Virus record (IMG/VR): IMGVR_UViG_2541047910_000003
Coordinates: 1-55,048 of that record
Reading direction: 5' to 3' (one strand)
From: a virus
Taxonomy: Duplodnaviria; Heunggongvirae; Uroviricota; Caudoviricetes
Length of the DNA: 55,048 nt
In this document: piece after piece, positions 39,971 through 49,809 of the stretch
Layout of the letters: the number at the start of each line of letters is the position of its first letter
How positions within the stretch are numbered: the stretch's first letter is position 1
Notes under the pieces: generated by a model
What the model was told of the DNA's origin: nothing
Database searches by the model: none
The model's input: the letters and a program-made list of their open reading frames with translations, nothing else
Made by a program: the position numbers and the translations under genes

Positions 39971-40146
39971 CATTTCCTCGCACGATGTCTTAGCCACCGG
40001 ATATCCCACAGGTGAGCCGTGTAGTTGAAGGTTTTTACGTCAGATTCTTTTGGGATTTGCTTGCGTTTATTTCTGGAGCGTTTCGTTGGAAGGTATTTGC
40101 AGTTTTCGCAGATGATGTCGGTGATACTTCGTCGCTGTCGTCTCAT
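39970..40146 (-). CDS. ninE: NinE-like protein
   Basis: [27 protein letters not shown]... matches lambda NinE. Confidence 0.65.
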   Translation of the reverse strand: MRRQRRSITDIICENCKYLPTKRSRNKRKQIPKESDVKTFNYTAHLWDIRWLRHRARK

Positions 40147-40583
40147 GCCGCCCTGTCTCCCCATCGCGCTTTCCATTCCAGAGCCAGTCTCGCTTCGTCT
40201 GACCACTTAACTCCACGCTCTGTACCGAATGCCTGTATAAGCTCTAATAGCTCCGCAAATTCGCTTACACGCATCCTGCTGGTTGACTGGCCTATTACCA
40301 CAAAGCCATTCCCGGCAAGGTTAGGAACAACATCCTGCTGCTTTAATGCTGCGGTAAACACACACTTCCAGCTTTCTGCATCCAGCCAGCGACCATGCCA
40401 TTCAACCTGACGAGAGACGTCACCTAAGCAGGCCCATAGCTTCCTGTTTTGGTCTAAGCTGCGGTTGCGTTCCTGAATGGTTACTACGATTGGTTTGGTT
40501 GGGTCTGGAAGGATTTGCTGTACTGCGTGAATAGCGTTTTGCTGATGTGCTGGAGACCGAATTTCAAAGGTTAGTTTTTTCAT
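40143..40583 (-). CDS. ninB: NinB (Orf recombination mediator)
   Basis: [68 protein letters not shown]... essentially identical to lambda NinB. Confidence 0.9.
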   Translation of the reverse strand: MKKLTFEIRSPAHQQNAIHAVQQILPDPTKPIVVTIQERNRSLDQNRKLWACLGDVSRQVEWHGRWLDAESWKCVFTAALKQQDVVPNLAGNGFVVIGQSTSRMRVSEFAELLELIQAFGTERGVKWSDEARLALEWKARWGDRAA

Positions 40584-40631
40584 GACTTCCCTCTCCCCCA
40601 AATAAAAAGGCCTGCGATTACCAGCAGGCCT

Positions 40632-41243
40632 TTATCTGTTTTTAACACGCTTTCGAGTCCTTTTAGATTTTTCCTTAAGATATTCCGCAAGTTTATCCTC
40701 ATCATTATTAAATTGAGATAAAAGCTCATGCTCGCAATTAAGTGCTTTACTCGCATAAGTTCCATATAGTTTCTTTCTTGCTAGTGCTGCTATGAATGCT
40801 GCATCTTCTTTGCTATCGAAATACCCTAACGATATTGTCTTATTTTTATAACCAACATAAGACTTCCACCTGCCAGTTGGCTTATACCAAGACACTCCAA
40901 TTGCACCGGATGTGTTTAATCTATTCCCTACAATGTTTCTTGCATTCTGCTCTTCTGTTGCCAGTCTTAGGTTTGAAATCCTATTGTCAAGTCTGTTCCC
41001 ATTTACATGATCAATAAACTTAGGAGGCCATTTTTTGTATACATAGAACCAAGCAAGTCTATGCGCCTTATACAAAACATTGTTTATACTAATGCATATA
41101 TAACCACCACTAACACCTCCAGCAATACTACCTTTTACTCTTACTACTGAATTTGTTTTTAGCCATTTAAATATTCCTGTTTCTGAGTCATATGATAATG
41201 TTGACAGAAGCTCATCGTGATCAATTAGTTTTTTTATTCGCAT
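40632..41243 (-). CDS. Freestanding HNH homing endonuclease (AT-rich insertion between replication and nin genes)
   Basis: HVNGNRLDNRISNLRLATEEQNARN HNH motif; AT-rich composition. Confidence 0.75.
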   Translation of the reverse strand: MRIKKLIDHDELLSTLSYDSETGIFKWLKTNSVVRVKGSIAGGVSGGYICISINNVLYKAHRLAWFYVYKKWPPKFIDHVNGNRLDNRISNLRLATEEQNARNIVGNRLNTSGAIGVSWYKPTGRWKSYVGYKNKTISLGYFDSKEDAAFIAALARKKLYGTYASKALNCEHELLSQFNNDEDKLAEYLKEKSKRTRKRVKNR

Positions 41244-41324
41244 AAAGAATATACTTAATAATATATACAGTAAGAACCATTAGTAACGATAACCCTGCTA
41301 TTAACTCAGTGATGTAGATGGTCA

Positions 41325-42776
41325 TCAGAATCCTCCTTTCTTCTTGGACTGCGGTTCCTCGCGTTCACGGCGGCGCATTTCAGCAGACTGTTGGTCTGTG
41401 TCATAAATAGCGCCATTTGCCTGAATGCAATACACAGTGCCGGTATTGCCATGACGATTGAGACGAAGGATTAGTTCAGTTTCACCAGGTGGAACACTGT
41501 CATCAAAAGCGCCTTCACGATGGATCCCGACCCAATAATCGCAATCCTGTTCAATCTGCCCTGTATCTCGTGAGTCACTTGGTAATGGGCGTTTATTGGT
41601 TCTGCTTTCCAGTGCGCGGTTAAGCTGCGTCAGAAGCACAACAACGCAATCAAGCTCTTTGGCAAGGTTCTTCAGTCCTTTGGTGATCATGCCGTAAGCA
41701 AGATCGTTGCGATCGGCCTTCTCAGCAGTCATTAGTGTCAGGTAATCGACCAGAATCATGCCAACACATCCTTTTTCTCGCTTGATTCGACGGCTTTCGC
41801 TGACGATTTGAGCCAGAGATAATCCCGGCGTGTCGTCGATGTAAAGCAGGTCGATTTCACTCAAGCGATTGGCTGTTTCGATCGCCCTGTTGAAGTCACC
41901 ATCGTAATCACCCTGATAGCCGTCATCAGCGTCATTTGTCGCCGGAAGGTAAAAAATATTCGGGTTAACACCTGACTTCTGTCCCACCAGTTTTTCCAGT
42001 ATCTGGTCACCTGGCATTTCAAGGCTGAACATCAGAGCGGGCTTTTTCTCATGCACTGCGCAGTTGATTGCCATCTGGCTGTATAGCGTCGTTTTCCCCA
42101 TCTTAGGGCGAGCGCCAATGACAAACAGAGAGCCTTTCACCAGACCTTTCGGTGACAGCATCCTGTCCAGCGATGGGATCCCTGTGCTCATTCCTCGTTG
42201 TTCACCTGACGGGTCAAATCGCTTCTCAAGGTCGCTAACCCAGTCTTCCATGACCTCACCAAATGAGCGAAGGCCGCGACGCGATCCGGTTTTTGCATGG
42301 TCTGTCAGTTGCGTGAAAATAGCCTGAATAGCTTCGTACTTCTGCGTTGCAGTCATTCCGTTGCGGGAATAGAGCAATTCCATCGCTTCAGTCATGCGGT
42401 TGATGGCGTAGCGTTCCATTGCGGTTTCACGAACCTGCATTGCATAGGCAACGATGTTTGCTGCGCTTGGCGTGTTCTTTGCGATCTCAGCGATATAAGC
42501 AAAACCGCCAACAGACACCGTTAACGATTTGCGCTCCAGTTCATCGAAAAGCGTCAGGCCATCTACTGGCTTTTGCTCCCGGTGCATTCTGGTTATTTCT
42601 TCGAAAAGGATTTTGTGTGGTCGGCTGTAAAATGAATCGGGCTTCAGCATCGCCAGAACTTTCTGGACGCGCTCACTGCTGTCATCATCCAGAAGCAATC
42701 CACCAATCACCGCCTGCTCTGCCTCGATGCTATGGGGCGGCGCATAAAAATTATCGGTCATCGTGTTCACCCTCAC
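41325..42776 (-). CDS. Replicative DNA helicase, DnaB family
   Basis: N-terminal PPHSIEAEQAVIGGLLLD, Walker A GARPKMGKT, 483 aa. Confidence 0.9.
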   Translation of the reverse strand: MRVNTMTDNFYAPPHSIEAEQAVIGGLLLDDDSSERVQKVLAMLKPDSFYSRPHKILFEEITRMHREQKPVDGLTLFDELERKSLTVSVGGFAYIAEIAKNTPSAANIVAYAMQVRETAMERYAINRMTEAMELLYSRNGMTATQKYEAIQAIFTQLTDHAKTGSRRGLRSFGEVMEDWVSDLEKRFDPSGEQRGMSTGIPSLDRMLSPKGLVKGSLFVIGARPKMGKTTLYSQMAINCAVHEKKPALMFSLEMPGDQILEKLVGQKSGVNPNIFYLPATNDADDGYQGDYDGDFNRAIETANRLSEIDLLYIDDTPGLSLAQIVSESRRIKREKGCVGMILVDYLTLMTAEKADRNDLAYGMITKGLKNLAKELDCVVVLLTQLNRALESRTNKRPLPSDSRDTGQIEQDCDYWVGIHREGAFDDSVPPGETELILRLNRHGNTGTVYCIQANGAIYDTDQQSAEMRRREREEPQSKKKGGF

Positions 42777-43650
42777 GAACTTTCAGGTAGGTATTATCGT
42801 TAAGCAGAAAATCAAATCCCTTTTTGTGCCAGACAGTTCCGCGTTGATGGTTTGGACGCTCTTCGAACATCCATCGACAATTTTCGCCTACGTAGCTCAA
42901 ATAATTTCTCCAGTCCTGCATCGTGAACCCATGCCCGTCAAGCTGGCGGGTTATCACTCCGGCTTTGCGCCAGAACGTTCGGATCTGGTTTTTACGCTTG
43001 TCATTCAGTGCGCGGATTCTTGGCGCTTCAGGAAGGATTTCGTGGTAAGCATCGACAACATCCTGACAGCTGACGGAAGGTTTTTTCTTGTCAGACTTTT
43101 TGTCTGCTGTGGCACTCTCTAATACGTCAGTATTAGAGATAATATTATTATATTCTTTATCTGTGGTAATTTGCTGGTAATCTGCTGGTACAGCATTGCT
43201 TACAGGCATTGGTATTGCTGGCTTTGAGGTGGTAATTTGCTGGTAATCTGCTGGTACAAAATTTGACTGATAATCGTCATATTTCTCTACCGAGAAAACT
43301 GAGAATTTACCGTGTGAAACCCAGTCAATCATGCCGAGTTTTTTGAACTTTCTAAGCAGGTACTGAACGCGATCTGGTTTGAGTCCTGTTTCAAACGCCA
43401 GAGAGTTTCTACCGCCAAGTAGCTTCCCTCTGCCTACCAGAATTTCTCCTGCGTCAGTCATTACATACTCAGGCGTATGCTTTGCTTTGAGGATTAAGTG
43501 AACCCACAGATGCGCAGCTTCTGCGTCCTTGTAAAACGGCACATCCATAATTTTACGGTGCAGCAAGGCATACCCCTTACCGCTGCTTTGATGCGGTTGT
43601 TGTAGCCTTCTGGCCTCTCTGGCTTCGGCTAGATTAGATATGTTACTCAT
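42751..43650 (-). CDS. Replication initiation protein (lambda O-like N-terminal domain; internal tandem repeat [10 protein letters not shown] x2)
   Basis: Position upstream of helicase; direct peptide repeat encoded by DNA repeat ~43160-43260. Confidence 0.6.
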   Translation of the reverse strand: MSNISNLAEAREARRLQQPHQSSGKGYALLHRKIMDVPFYKDAEAAHLWVHLILKAKHTPEYVMTDAGEILVGRGKLLGGRNSLAFETGLKPDRVQYLLRKFKKLGMIDWVSHGKFSVFSVEKYDDYQSNFVPADYQQITTSKPAIPMPVSNAVPADYQQITTDKEYNNIISNTDVLESATADKKSDKKKPSVSCQDVVDAYHEILPEAPRIRALNDKRKNQIRTFWRKAGVITRQLDGHGFTMQDWRNYLSYVGENCRWMFEERPNHQRGTVWHKKGFDFLLNDNTYLKVREGEHDDR

Positions 43651-43821
43651 GACCTTTCTCCTTCTGCATCAGCTTCACCTTTTCCAACTCAGCCCGGAAT
43701 CGACCAGGCTGCTTGAAGCTGGACAGGAAGCGATCACGTAGTATGTGTTTGTGAATTTTGTCCTGGTAAGGACTGAGTTGTTTTGTCATAATGACTCCTG
43801 TGGATTGATCCAGTAATTCCC

Positions 43822-44118
43822 TCAGAATTGCATATCAATTTGCTTAAAATCCTCGGTGGCGCCCGGGGATTTTTTCTTTGTGATTTCATCAAGCGCATAC
43901 TTAAAAGCCCTGCTAATCGCACTGATGTCTGATGCCATTCCGAAAGCACACAAGACCGAAGCAATAAATCTCCAGTCCGTTCTGCTTATCTTCGATTCAT
44001 GACAGCCAATCATCTTTGCCAGACCGCGCTGGGTAAGCGTTGACAGGTTGATGAGTAAATCAGTTTCAGCGCGATCAATTTCTCGCTGTGTTGGCTTGCT
44101 GTAGCTTGCTTGTGCCAT
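43822..44118 (-). CDS. cII: CII-like transcriptional activator
   Basis: C-terminus [18 protein letters not shown] parallels lambda CII KKRPAATERSEQIQMEF; [14 protein letters not shown]. Confidence 0.75.
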   Translation of the reverse strand: MAQASYSKPTQREIDRAETDLLINLSTLTQRGLAKMIGCHESKISRTDWRFIASVLCAFGMASDISAISRAFKYALDEITKKKSPGATEDFKQIDMQF

Positions 44119-44167
44119 TTGTTAATTTTCCTATATTGATATTGAGTTATAGCGGCACACCCAATGG

Positions 44168-44226
44168 ATTTGCCGCTGATGTTTGCTCACCCGGTTAGAG
44201 GTGAAAGGCCAGAACTGTTAAAGAGC
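44168..44226 (-). promoter_or_regulatory. nutR-like site: boxA (tgctctttaaca) and boxB-like hairpin between cro and cII
   Basis: boxA-like sequence read on minus strand. Confidence 0.4.
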
Positions 44227-44233
44227 AATTTGC

Positions 44234-44419
44234 TTATGCCGCTTGGCGGTAAGCACTTTCTTGATACTTCAGGGCGCCAGCTGTAACGATTTCCAATCGA
44301 TAGGCGTCTTTCTCTGGGATAACTTCTTTCCACTGAGAGACTGCTGCATCGCTAATGCCTAGTGCTTTAGCAACAGCACGCTGGGTTCCGAAGTGGTCAA
44401 TAACATCTTTTTTGTACAT
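44234..44419 (-). CDS. cro: Cro-like repressor (HTH)
   Basis: 61 aa, HTH GTQRAVAKALGISDAAVSQW, divergent from cI. Confidence 0.7.
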   Translation of the reverse strand: MYKKDVIDHFGTQRAVAKALGISDAAVSQWKEVIPEKDAYRLEIVTAGALKYQESAYRQAA

Positions 44420-44499
44420 AGACTCGCTCCGAAATTAAAGAACACTTAAATTATCCACCAAAGGAATCTTAAGTCAAGTTTATTTAAGATGTCTTAACT
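44420..44499. promoter_or_regulatory. Immunity operator/promoter region between cro and cI with repeated ttaaga/tcttaa-containing half-sites
   Basis: atcttaagtcaagtttatttaagatgtcttaact palindromic elements. Confidence 0.5.
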
Positions 44500-45150
44500 A
44501 TGAATACACAACTGATGGGTGAGCGTATTCGCGCTCGCAGAAAAGAACTCAAGATTAGGCAGGCTGCCCTTGGCAAGATGGTTGGCGTGTCTAATGTTGC
44601 TATTTCCCAATGGGAGCGATCTGAAACTGAGCCCAATGGCGAAAACCTATTGGCCTTAGCCAAGGCTTTGCAGTGCTCCCCTGATTACCTGTTGAAAGGA
44701 GAGGATAGTCTTTCAAACATTGCCTATCACAGCAGGCATGATCCAAGAGGTTCGTATCCTCTAATTAGTTGGGTAAGCGCAGGATGTTGGATGGAAGCTG
44801 TAGAGCCATATCATAGGCGTGCAATAGATAACTGGTACGACACAACGGTAGATTGTTCTGAAGACTCTTTTTGGCTCGACGTTAAAGGCGATTCAATGAC
44901 TGCCCCGGCAGGACTGAGTATTCCTGAGGGGATGATTATTCTCGTCGACCCAGAAGTCGAACCACGTAATGGAAAGCTGGTAGTCGCCAAACTTGAAGGA
45001 GAAAACGAGGCGACATTCAAAAAGTTAGTTATTGATGCCGGTAGAAAATTCCTGAAACCACTCAATCCACAATACCCAATGATTGAAATCAATGGGAACT
45101 GTAAAATCATTGGCGTTGTCGTTGATGCCAAGCTAGCAAACCTTCCTTAA
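44500..45150 (+). CDS. cI: CI repressor (HTH + LexA-like S24 peptidase autocleavage domain)
   Basis: N-terminal HTH LGKMVGVSNVAISQWE; C-terminal GDSM...K catalytic Ser/Lys pattern. Confidence 0.9.
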   Translation: MNTQLMGERIRARRKELKIRQAALGKMVGVSNVAISQWERSETEPNGENLLALAKALQCSPDYLLKGEDSLSNIAYHSRHDPRGSYPLISWVSAGCWMEAVEPYHRRAIDNWYDTTVDCSEDSFWLDVKGDSMTAPAGLSIPEGMIILVDPEVEPRNGKLVVAKLEGENEATFKKLVIDAGRKFLKPLNPQYPMIEINGNCKIIGVVVDAKLANLP

Positions 45151-45178
45151 GGGGCTTTCGCCCCTTTTTTATTTCCCG
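45151..45178 (+). terminator. Terminator after cI (ggggctttcgcccc + T-run)
   Basis: Read directly. Confidence 0.7.
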
Positions 45179-45314
45179 TTAAAAATCAAAGACAAACTAA
45201 ATTCACGCCCATAGAATTAAGTTTTCTTCAAAAATGCACTTGACCAATAAATTAAGAAGTCTTAAATTTAAGCCATCAGCAGGACGCTGGAAGCCAAACG
45301 GAACAGATTGGCAG

Positions 45315-45358
45315 GCTCTTTAACATCGACGGACTCTCAACCTAACCGTTGAGACCAG
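45315..45358 (+). promoter_or_regulatory. nutL: boxA (gctctttaaca) + boxB hairpin (tctcaac ctaacc gttgaga)
   Basis: Consensus-like boxA and perfect 7-bp stem upstream of N. Confidence 0.6.
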
Positions 45359-45464
45359 AACTTGAGTGGTTTTGGGGATGGCGCGAATTGCAGCTGCAAG
45401 ACAGCGATCGAGAAGATAAGCACCTCGACGCGTCATGCGCCAAAGCCACTTAAAGGAGATCATC

Positions 45465-45770
45465 ATGGTAACCATTGTCTGGAAAGAATCCAAAGGTACG
45501 GCAAAAAGCCGCTACAAAGCTCGCAGAGCAGAACTTATTGCCGAGCGACGCAGTAATGAAGCACTGGCGCGAAAAATTGCGCTAAAGCTCTCTGGTTGCG
45601 TCAAAGCAGACAAAGCAGCATCACTAGGAATCCTTTGCTGCAAGAAGAAAGAAGAAGTCGTTCGAAAAAATAGAAGTATTTATTACAAAGATTCAAACCC
45701 ATTAGGAAACAAAATACATGCAGTCCAAAAAATAAAATTGTACAGTAAACTACCGTACGGTGCTTATTGA
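45465..45770 (+). CDS. N: N-like antiterminator (phage 21-type Arg-rich motif), with AT-rich variant 3' end
   Basis: MVTIVWKESKGTAKSRYKARRAELIAERRSNEALARK matches phage 21 N; SD aggaga upstream. Confidence 0.8.
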   Translation: MVTIVWKESKGTAKSRYKARRAELIAERRSNEALARKIALKLSGCVKADKAASLGILCCKKKEEVVRKNRSIYYKDSNPLGNKIHAVQKIKLYSKLPYGAY

Positions 45771-45772
45771 GT

Positions 45773-46111
45773 ATGCTTATGGTGAAAAAGACTATTTATG
45801 TTAATCCTGACCGCGGACAAAACAGAAAAGTATCTGATAGAGGTCTTACATCTCGAGACAGGAGGAGAATAGCGAGATGGGAAAAGAGGATAGCATATGC
45901 ATTAAAAAACGGTGTAACACCTGGATTTAATGCTATAGATGACGGTCCTGAATATAAGATTAATGAAGACCCAATGGATAAAGTTGACAAAGCATTAGCA
46001 ACACCATTTCCTCGCGATGTCGAAAAAATTGAAGATGAAAAATATGAGGATGTAATGCACAGAGTTGTTAATCACGCTCACCAACGAAATCCAAATAAAA
46101 AATGGTCATAG
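45773..46111 (+). CDS. AT-rich hypothetical moron protein immediately downstream of N
   Basis: ORF followed by terminator cccacttcggtggg + T-run at 46113-46135. Confidence 0.45.
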   Translation: MLMVKKTIYVNPDRGQNRKVSDRGLTSRDRRRIARWEKRIAYALKNGVTPGFNAIDDGPEYKINEDPMDKVDKALATPFPRDVEKIEDEKYEDVMHRVVNHAHQRNPNKKWS

Positions 46112-46175
46112 CCCACTTCGGTGGGTTTTTTATTGTCTGAACAAATCTAATTTACTACCGCAAGCCACGCAGTGA

Positions 46176-46235
46176 AATGGGTGTGACTTGTGTTGGTCGC
46201 CAGAAAATGAAATTAGGCAGCAAACCACTTATTTG
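46176..46235 (+). pseudogene. Displaced remnant of N 3' end (MGVTCVGRQKMKLGSKPLI*)
   Basis: Matches canonical N C-terminus (..VTCVGRQKIKLGSKPLI). Confidence 0.5.
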
Positions 46236-46355
46236 AGGTGAGATATGGAAGAACAAGCAAACAAGATTCTCGTATAACTACTGCAAAAAGCCAGTAATGG
46301 AATAGACGCGGCTGTTTCATTCAGCCAGGCACAGATTCCTGATGTTGTTCATCAG

Positions 46356-46667
46356 TTGCTAATATGGAGTTTTGTCCATAGCGCACTTTTCCAAGTGGCT
46401 GGGTTGTTGCTTTTAATTGCAGCAATGAAACTTCCTGGTTTTGCAAGAACGGCAAGAAATAATGGCGAGAGATGGACGTCTTTAGATGGATGTCCAAATG
46501 ATAGATATTTTATATCTTCGTTTTATTACGATATATGCACCGTATTTGCTCCTATATATTGCTCAATTATTGGCGTTTTAATTATCGCCTTCAATTTCGA
46601 ATGGTTGAAGATTTGGCTTGCACCTAAGTTATTCCTAATTGAATATGCAGCATCATTGGTTAAGTAA
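46356..46667 (+). CDS. Small membrane protein (two TM segments), AT-rich moron flanked by terminators
   Basis: Hydrophobic stretches ALFQVAGLLLLIAAM and FAPIYCSIIGVLIIAF; terminator at 46671-46697. Confidence 0.45.
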   Translation: MLIWSFVHSALFQVAGLLLLIAAMKLPGFARTARNNGERWTSLDGCPNDRYFISSFYYDICTVFAPIYCSIIGVLIIAFNFEWLKIWLAPKLFLIEYAASLVK

Positions 46668-46906
46668 TTTCAGGCCGCATAGTCGGCCTTTATTTTTGGC
46701 ATAAACAACAGAATAAACACTGCACTGTGTATTCATTCCAACGAGTGAATACACGGAGCAATGTCGCTCGTAACTAAACAGGAGCCGACTTGTTCTGATT
46801 ATTGGAAATCTTCTTTGCCCTCCAGTGTGAGGGCCTTTTTATATGCATACCAATAACGCTTCACTCGAGGCGTTTTCGTTATGCAATCAAACAGAAGGAG
46901 CATCCT

Positions 46907-47077
46907 ATGCAACAGTTCGCTATTGCAGGGGCGGCATCGGTTCGCCCTTTCAACCCGATTTTATCGGTGCAGCATTCACGAAAGAATATTTTAACCGGAG
47001 CAGACTTTAAACAACCAAGAATGAAAAGTTTGCTCGAAAAGCTTTGGGATATTTTGAAACAACAAGGCCGCCCATGA
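46907..47077 (+). CDS. cIII: CIII-like protein
   Basis: MQQFAIAGAAS...LLEKLWDILKQQGRP parallels lambda CIII MQYAIAGWPVAG...LLERITRKLRDGWKRLIDILNQPGVP. Confidence 0.6.
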   Translation: MQQFAIAGAASVRPFNPILSVQHSRKNILTGADFKQPRMKSLLEKLWDILKQQGRP

Positions 47078-47158
47078 GTTTTACAGATAACTGGTCAGAC
47101 GAAGAGTTCATTCGTCAGATGAACAAAATGCTCAATCAGCACAAAGAACAGGAGAAAG

Positions 47159-47470
47159 ATGATGATTCTGACTCTGAATGATAAGCGTGAAATATCGCAA
47201 ATAATCTCAAGTTTTACTGATGAAGATTACGAACGAATCAACAGTGAAGTTGATCGCCTCTGCAAACGTTGCGACCCAATAAGCGAAATGCTTCGCTCAT
47301 ATAAACCAGATGAACACACTAAGGACGCTATCGACTGGCTGGAAGATGATGACTGTAACTATCAGGAAAAAGCCGCTGAATGGTTCTGGGATGCAATAAC
47401 CGAAAGAGTTAAGGCTGAATATGCCTTCGCAATATTCAAACGCAGACACATTTTTGGAGAAGCAGCATGA
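47159..47470 (+). CDS. Hypothetical early-left protein
   Basis: 103-aa ORF upstream of recT. Confidence 0.4.
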   Translation: MMILTLNDKREISQIISSFTDEDYERINSEVDRLCKRCDPISEMLRSYKPDEHTKDAIDWLEDDDCNYQEKAAEWFWDAITERVKAEYAFAIFKRRHIFGEAA

Positions 47471-48378
47471 GCAATATCGTTGAATTCGTTAAACAGCAAG
47501 AGCAGTTATTCTGCGGAGCATTGACTGAACAGACGGTGACATGGGCTAAGGAAAGCCAGTTTGCAATTCAGTATTTCCAGAAAAATGATTACCTGGCTAA
47601 AACGGCACTGGCAAATCCAACCAGCGCACAGAACGCCATCATCAATGTTGCGGCGATCGGCATCACCTTAAACCCGGCCAGCAAACTTGCTTATCTAGTT
47701 CCGCGCGACGGCATGGTTTGCCTTGATATCAGTTATATGGGATTGCTCCATATTGCAATGGAGTCTGGTGTTATCTCATGGGGTCAGGCAAAACTTGTTC
47801 ATGCTAACGATACCTATGAGTCAAACGGGCTTGATAAAGCACCAACCCATAAATACAACGCCTTCGGTGATCGTGGTGATATCGTTGGCGTTTACTGCAC
47901 AGTTAAGACGCCAGCAGGTGATTATCTAACGGAAGAGATGAGTCTGGCTGAAATTGAGGCTGTAAGGAAAACAAGCAAGGCAGCATTCAGCGATAAAGGA
48001 CCATGGGTAAATCACTGGAATGAGATGGCGCGAAAGACGGTCGTAAAGCGTGCAAGCAAGTATTGGCCTAAGGCATCACGTCTTGATAGTGCTATTCACG
48101 TACTAAACGAAGAAGAAGGTGTGTGGACTGAACCAGTTATGCCGCACAAATCAGAGGAAGATATCCGCGAAGATGAACGGAAATGCCAGCAGGAAATAAT
48201 GGATAAAGCACAACTTCTTTGCGATGAAATGGCTCAGGCAGAAAACATGGATGATTTGAAGCGATATTTTGCAGAAGCATATCGCCTGACATCTGGAATG
48301 AAATTGCAGCAGAACGTACAAGCCATTTACATAGAATGCAAAGCGAAACTGGAGGTTGCCAGTGAGCAAACTGTATGA
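47467..48378 (+). CDS. recT: RecT-family single-strand annealing recombinase
   Basis: GPWVNHWNEMARKTVVKR matches RecT signature region. Confidence 0.85.
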   Translation: MSNIVEFVKQQEQLFCGALTEQTVTWAKESQFAIQYFQKNDYLAKTALANPTSAQNAIINVAAIGITLNPASKLAYLVPRDGMVCLDISYMGLLHIAMESGVISWGQAKLVHANDTYESNGLDKAPTHKYNAFGDRGDIVGVYCTVKTPAGDYLTEEMSLAEIEAVRKTSKAAFSDKGPWVNHWNEMARKTVVKRASKYWPKASRLDSAIHVLNEEEGVWTEPVMPHKSEEDIREDERKCQQEIMDKAQLLCDEMAQAENMDDLKRYFAEAYRLTSGMKLQQNVQAIYIECKAKLEVASEQTV

Positions 48379-48844
48379 AATAGCCAATGAATACGCAAAG
48401 CTGATGGATTCAGATTTAGAGCCAGAGATGATTGCTGACACAATAGAAGGCATGGAAGGAGAATTTACCGATAAAATAGAGCAACTTCTTGCCATTATTA
48501 AAAATGAATCTGGTTATGCTGAACGCCTCAAGGACGAGGCAAAGTCACTGAATGAACGAGCAGCAGTAATTCAAAATAAGATTGACAGCATTATGGCGTA
48601 TATAGCGTCATCGCTTGAAATGGTTGGTAAGAAAAAGATTCGAGCAGGTATTCACCAGGTAACAATCCGCAAACCGTCAGAAACTGTAGAAATCATCGAC
48701 TCAAGCGCCCTTCCTCCTGAATACGTTGAGTTTGAAACGACAATTAAAGCCGACAAGTTGGCAATCAAGCACCAACTAAAAGCAGGAATAAATATCCCAG
48801 GCGCTCAACTCAAGGTTGGGAAACCTTCACTTCTTATCAAATAA
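48356..48844 (+). CDS. Siphovirus Gp157-family protein
   Basis: 162 aa, conserved N-terminal KLYEIANEY..., typical neighbour of RecT/Erf. Confidence 0.6.
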   Translation: MPVSKLYEIANEYAKLMDSDLEPEMIADTIEGMEGEFTDKIEQLLAIIKNESGYAERLKDEAKSLNERAAVIQNKIDSIMAYIASSLEMVGKKKIRAGIHQVTIRKPSETVEIIDSSALPPEYVEFETTIKADKLAIKHQLKAGINIPGAQLKVGKPSLLIK

Positions 48845-48855
48845 CGGTATCGACT

Positions 48856-49170
48856 ATGAAAAAGACTCCATGGGAGAAATGGGAAGTCGATTTCTTGCGC
48901 GAAGTGGCGGCGACAATGCCAGTTGAAGTTATCGCTGAAAAACTGGAAAGGACTGAAAAAGCAGTAATGGCGAAAGCAACAAGGATTGGCGCTGACATTG
49001 TTAGCCGACTTCGTGGAAGACGATGGACAAGAGCCGAAGTATCACTTTTCGGTAAGTTCTCCGCAGAAGAAATAGCAATTGCAACCTGCCGCTCAATTTA
49101 TTCAGTAAGAGCTATGCGATACAAGCTAAAAAAACTCGATGAAGAAAGAGCGGGCATACGAATAAATTAA
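48856..49170 (+). CDS. Hypothetical early protein
   Basis: 104-aa ORF. Confidence 0.4.
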   Translation: MKKTPWEKWEVDFLREVAATMPVEVIAEKLERTEKAVMAKATRIGADIVSRLRGRRWTRAEVSLFGKFSAEEIAIATCRSIYSVRAMRYKLKKLDEERAGIRIN

Positions 49171-49347
49171 CAAAGAGGAATTTACCATGAGAGGGCTTGC
49201 ATACAATCCCGGCATTCTTCCGGCAGAAATGATTATTCGCCAACGCGTAAAGCCAATGCCATCGAGAGAGGAATTGCTTAAGAGAAATTCTTTTCCATCA
49301 GTGAATCAAAACAAATATCTGAATGCAATGTGGCGGAGTGGGAAGAA

Positions 49348-49809
49348 ATGAAACAAATGTCACTAATTGAGATGGATGGTTTTCTGAAAGGTAAATGCAT
49401 CCCACGAGATTTAAAGGTTAACGAAACAAACGCTGAATATCTTGTCCGTAAGTTCGGTGAACTTGAATCAAAACTGGAAACTGCGTTGCGGGAGTGTCGT
49501 TCTGCTGGAATCACGATTGATAACCTTGAGGCCAAGTGCGCGGCGCTGGCAGCGGAGAGTTCGGGGATGAAGAAGTTCTGCAAAGACGCTGCATTCGATG
49601 CCGATTACGAAGCAGAGCTAGGTATGGAGCGTGGTGGATTCAGTGATGCGCTTAACGAAATCAAAACCCCAGCCACCGATGCTTTTCTGGCTGAAGTACG
49701 GGCGCAGGGCGTGGAGATGATGCGCGAACATCCATCAATCAAACTTTGCTCTTTGACGCACATATGTGACGAGTTAGCCGCCCAGATTCGCAAAGGAGTT
49801 CAGTCATGA
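49348..49809 (+). CDS. Hypothetical early protein (coiled coil)
   Basis: ORF in Ea22 region. Confidence 0.4.
   Translation: MKQMSLIEMDGFLKGKCIPRDLKVNETNAEYLVRKFGELESKLETALRECRSAGITIDNLEAKCAALAAESSGMKKFCKDAAFDADYEAELGMERGGFSDALNEIKTPATDAFLAEVRAQGVEMMREHPSIKLCSLTHICDELAAQIRKGVQS

Noticed and set aside
43648-43791. 48-aa ORF between O-like gene and cII ([21 protein letters not shown]...)
   Set aside because: Plausible small phage gene by position, but below size threshold and without recognisable similarity, so not listed as a feature.
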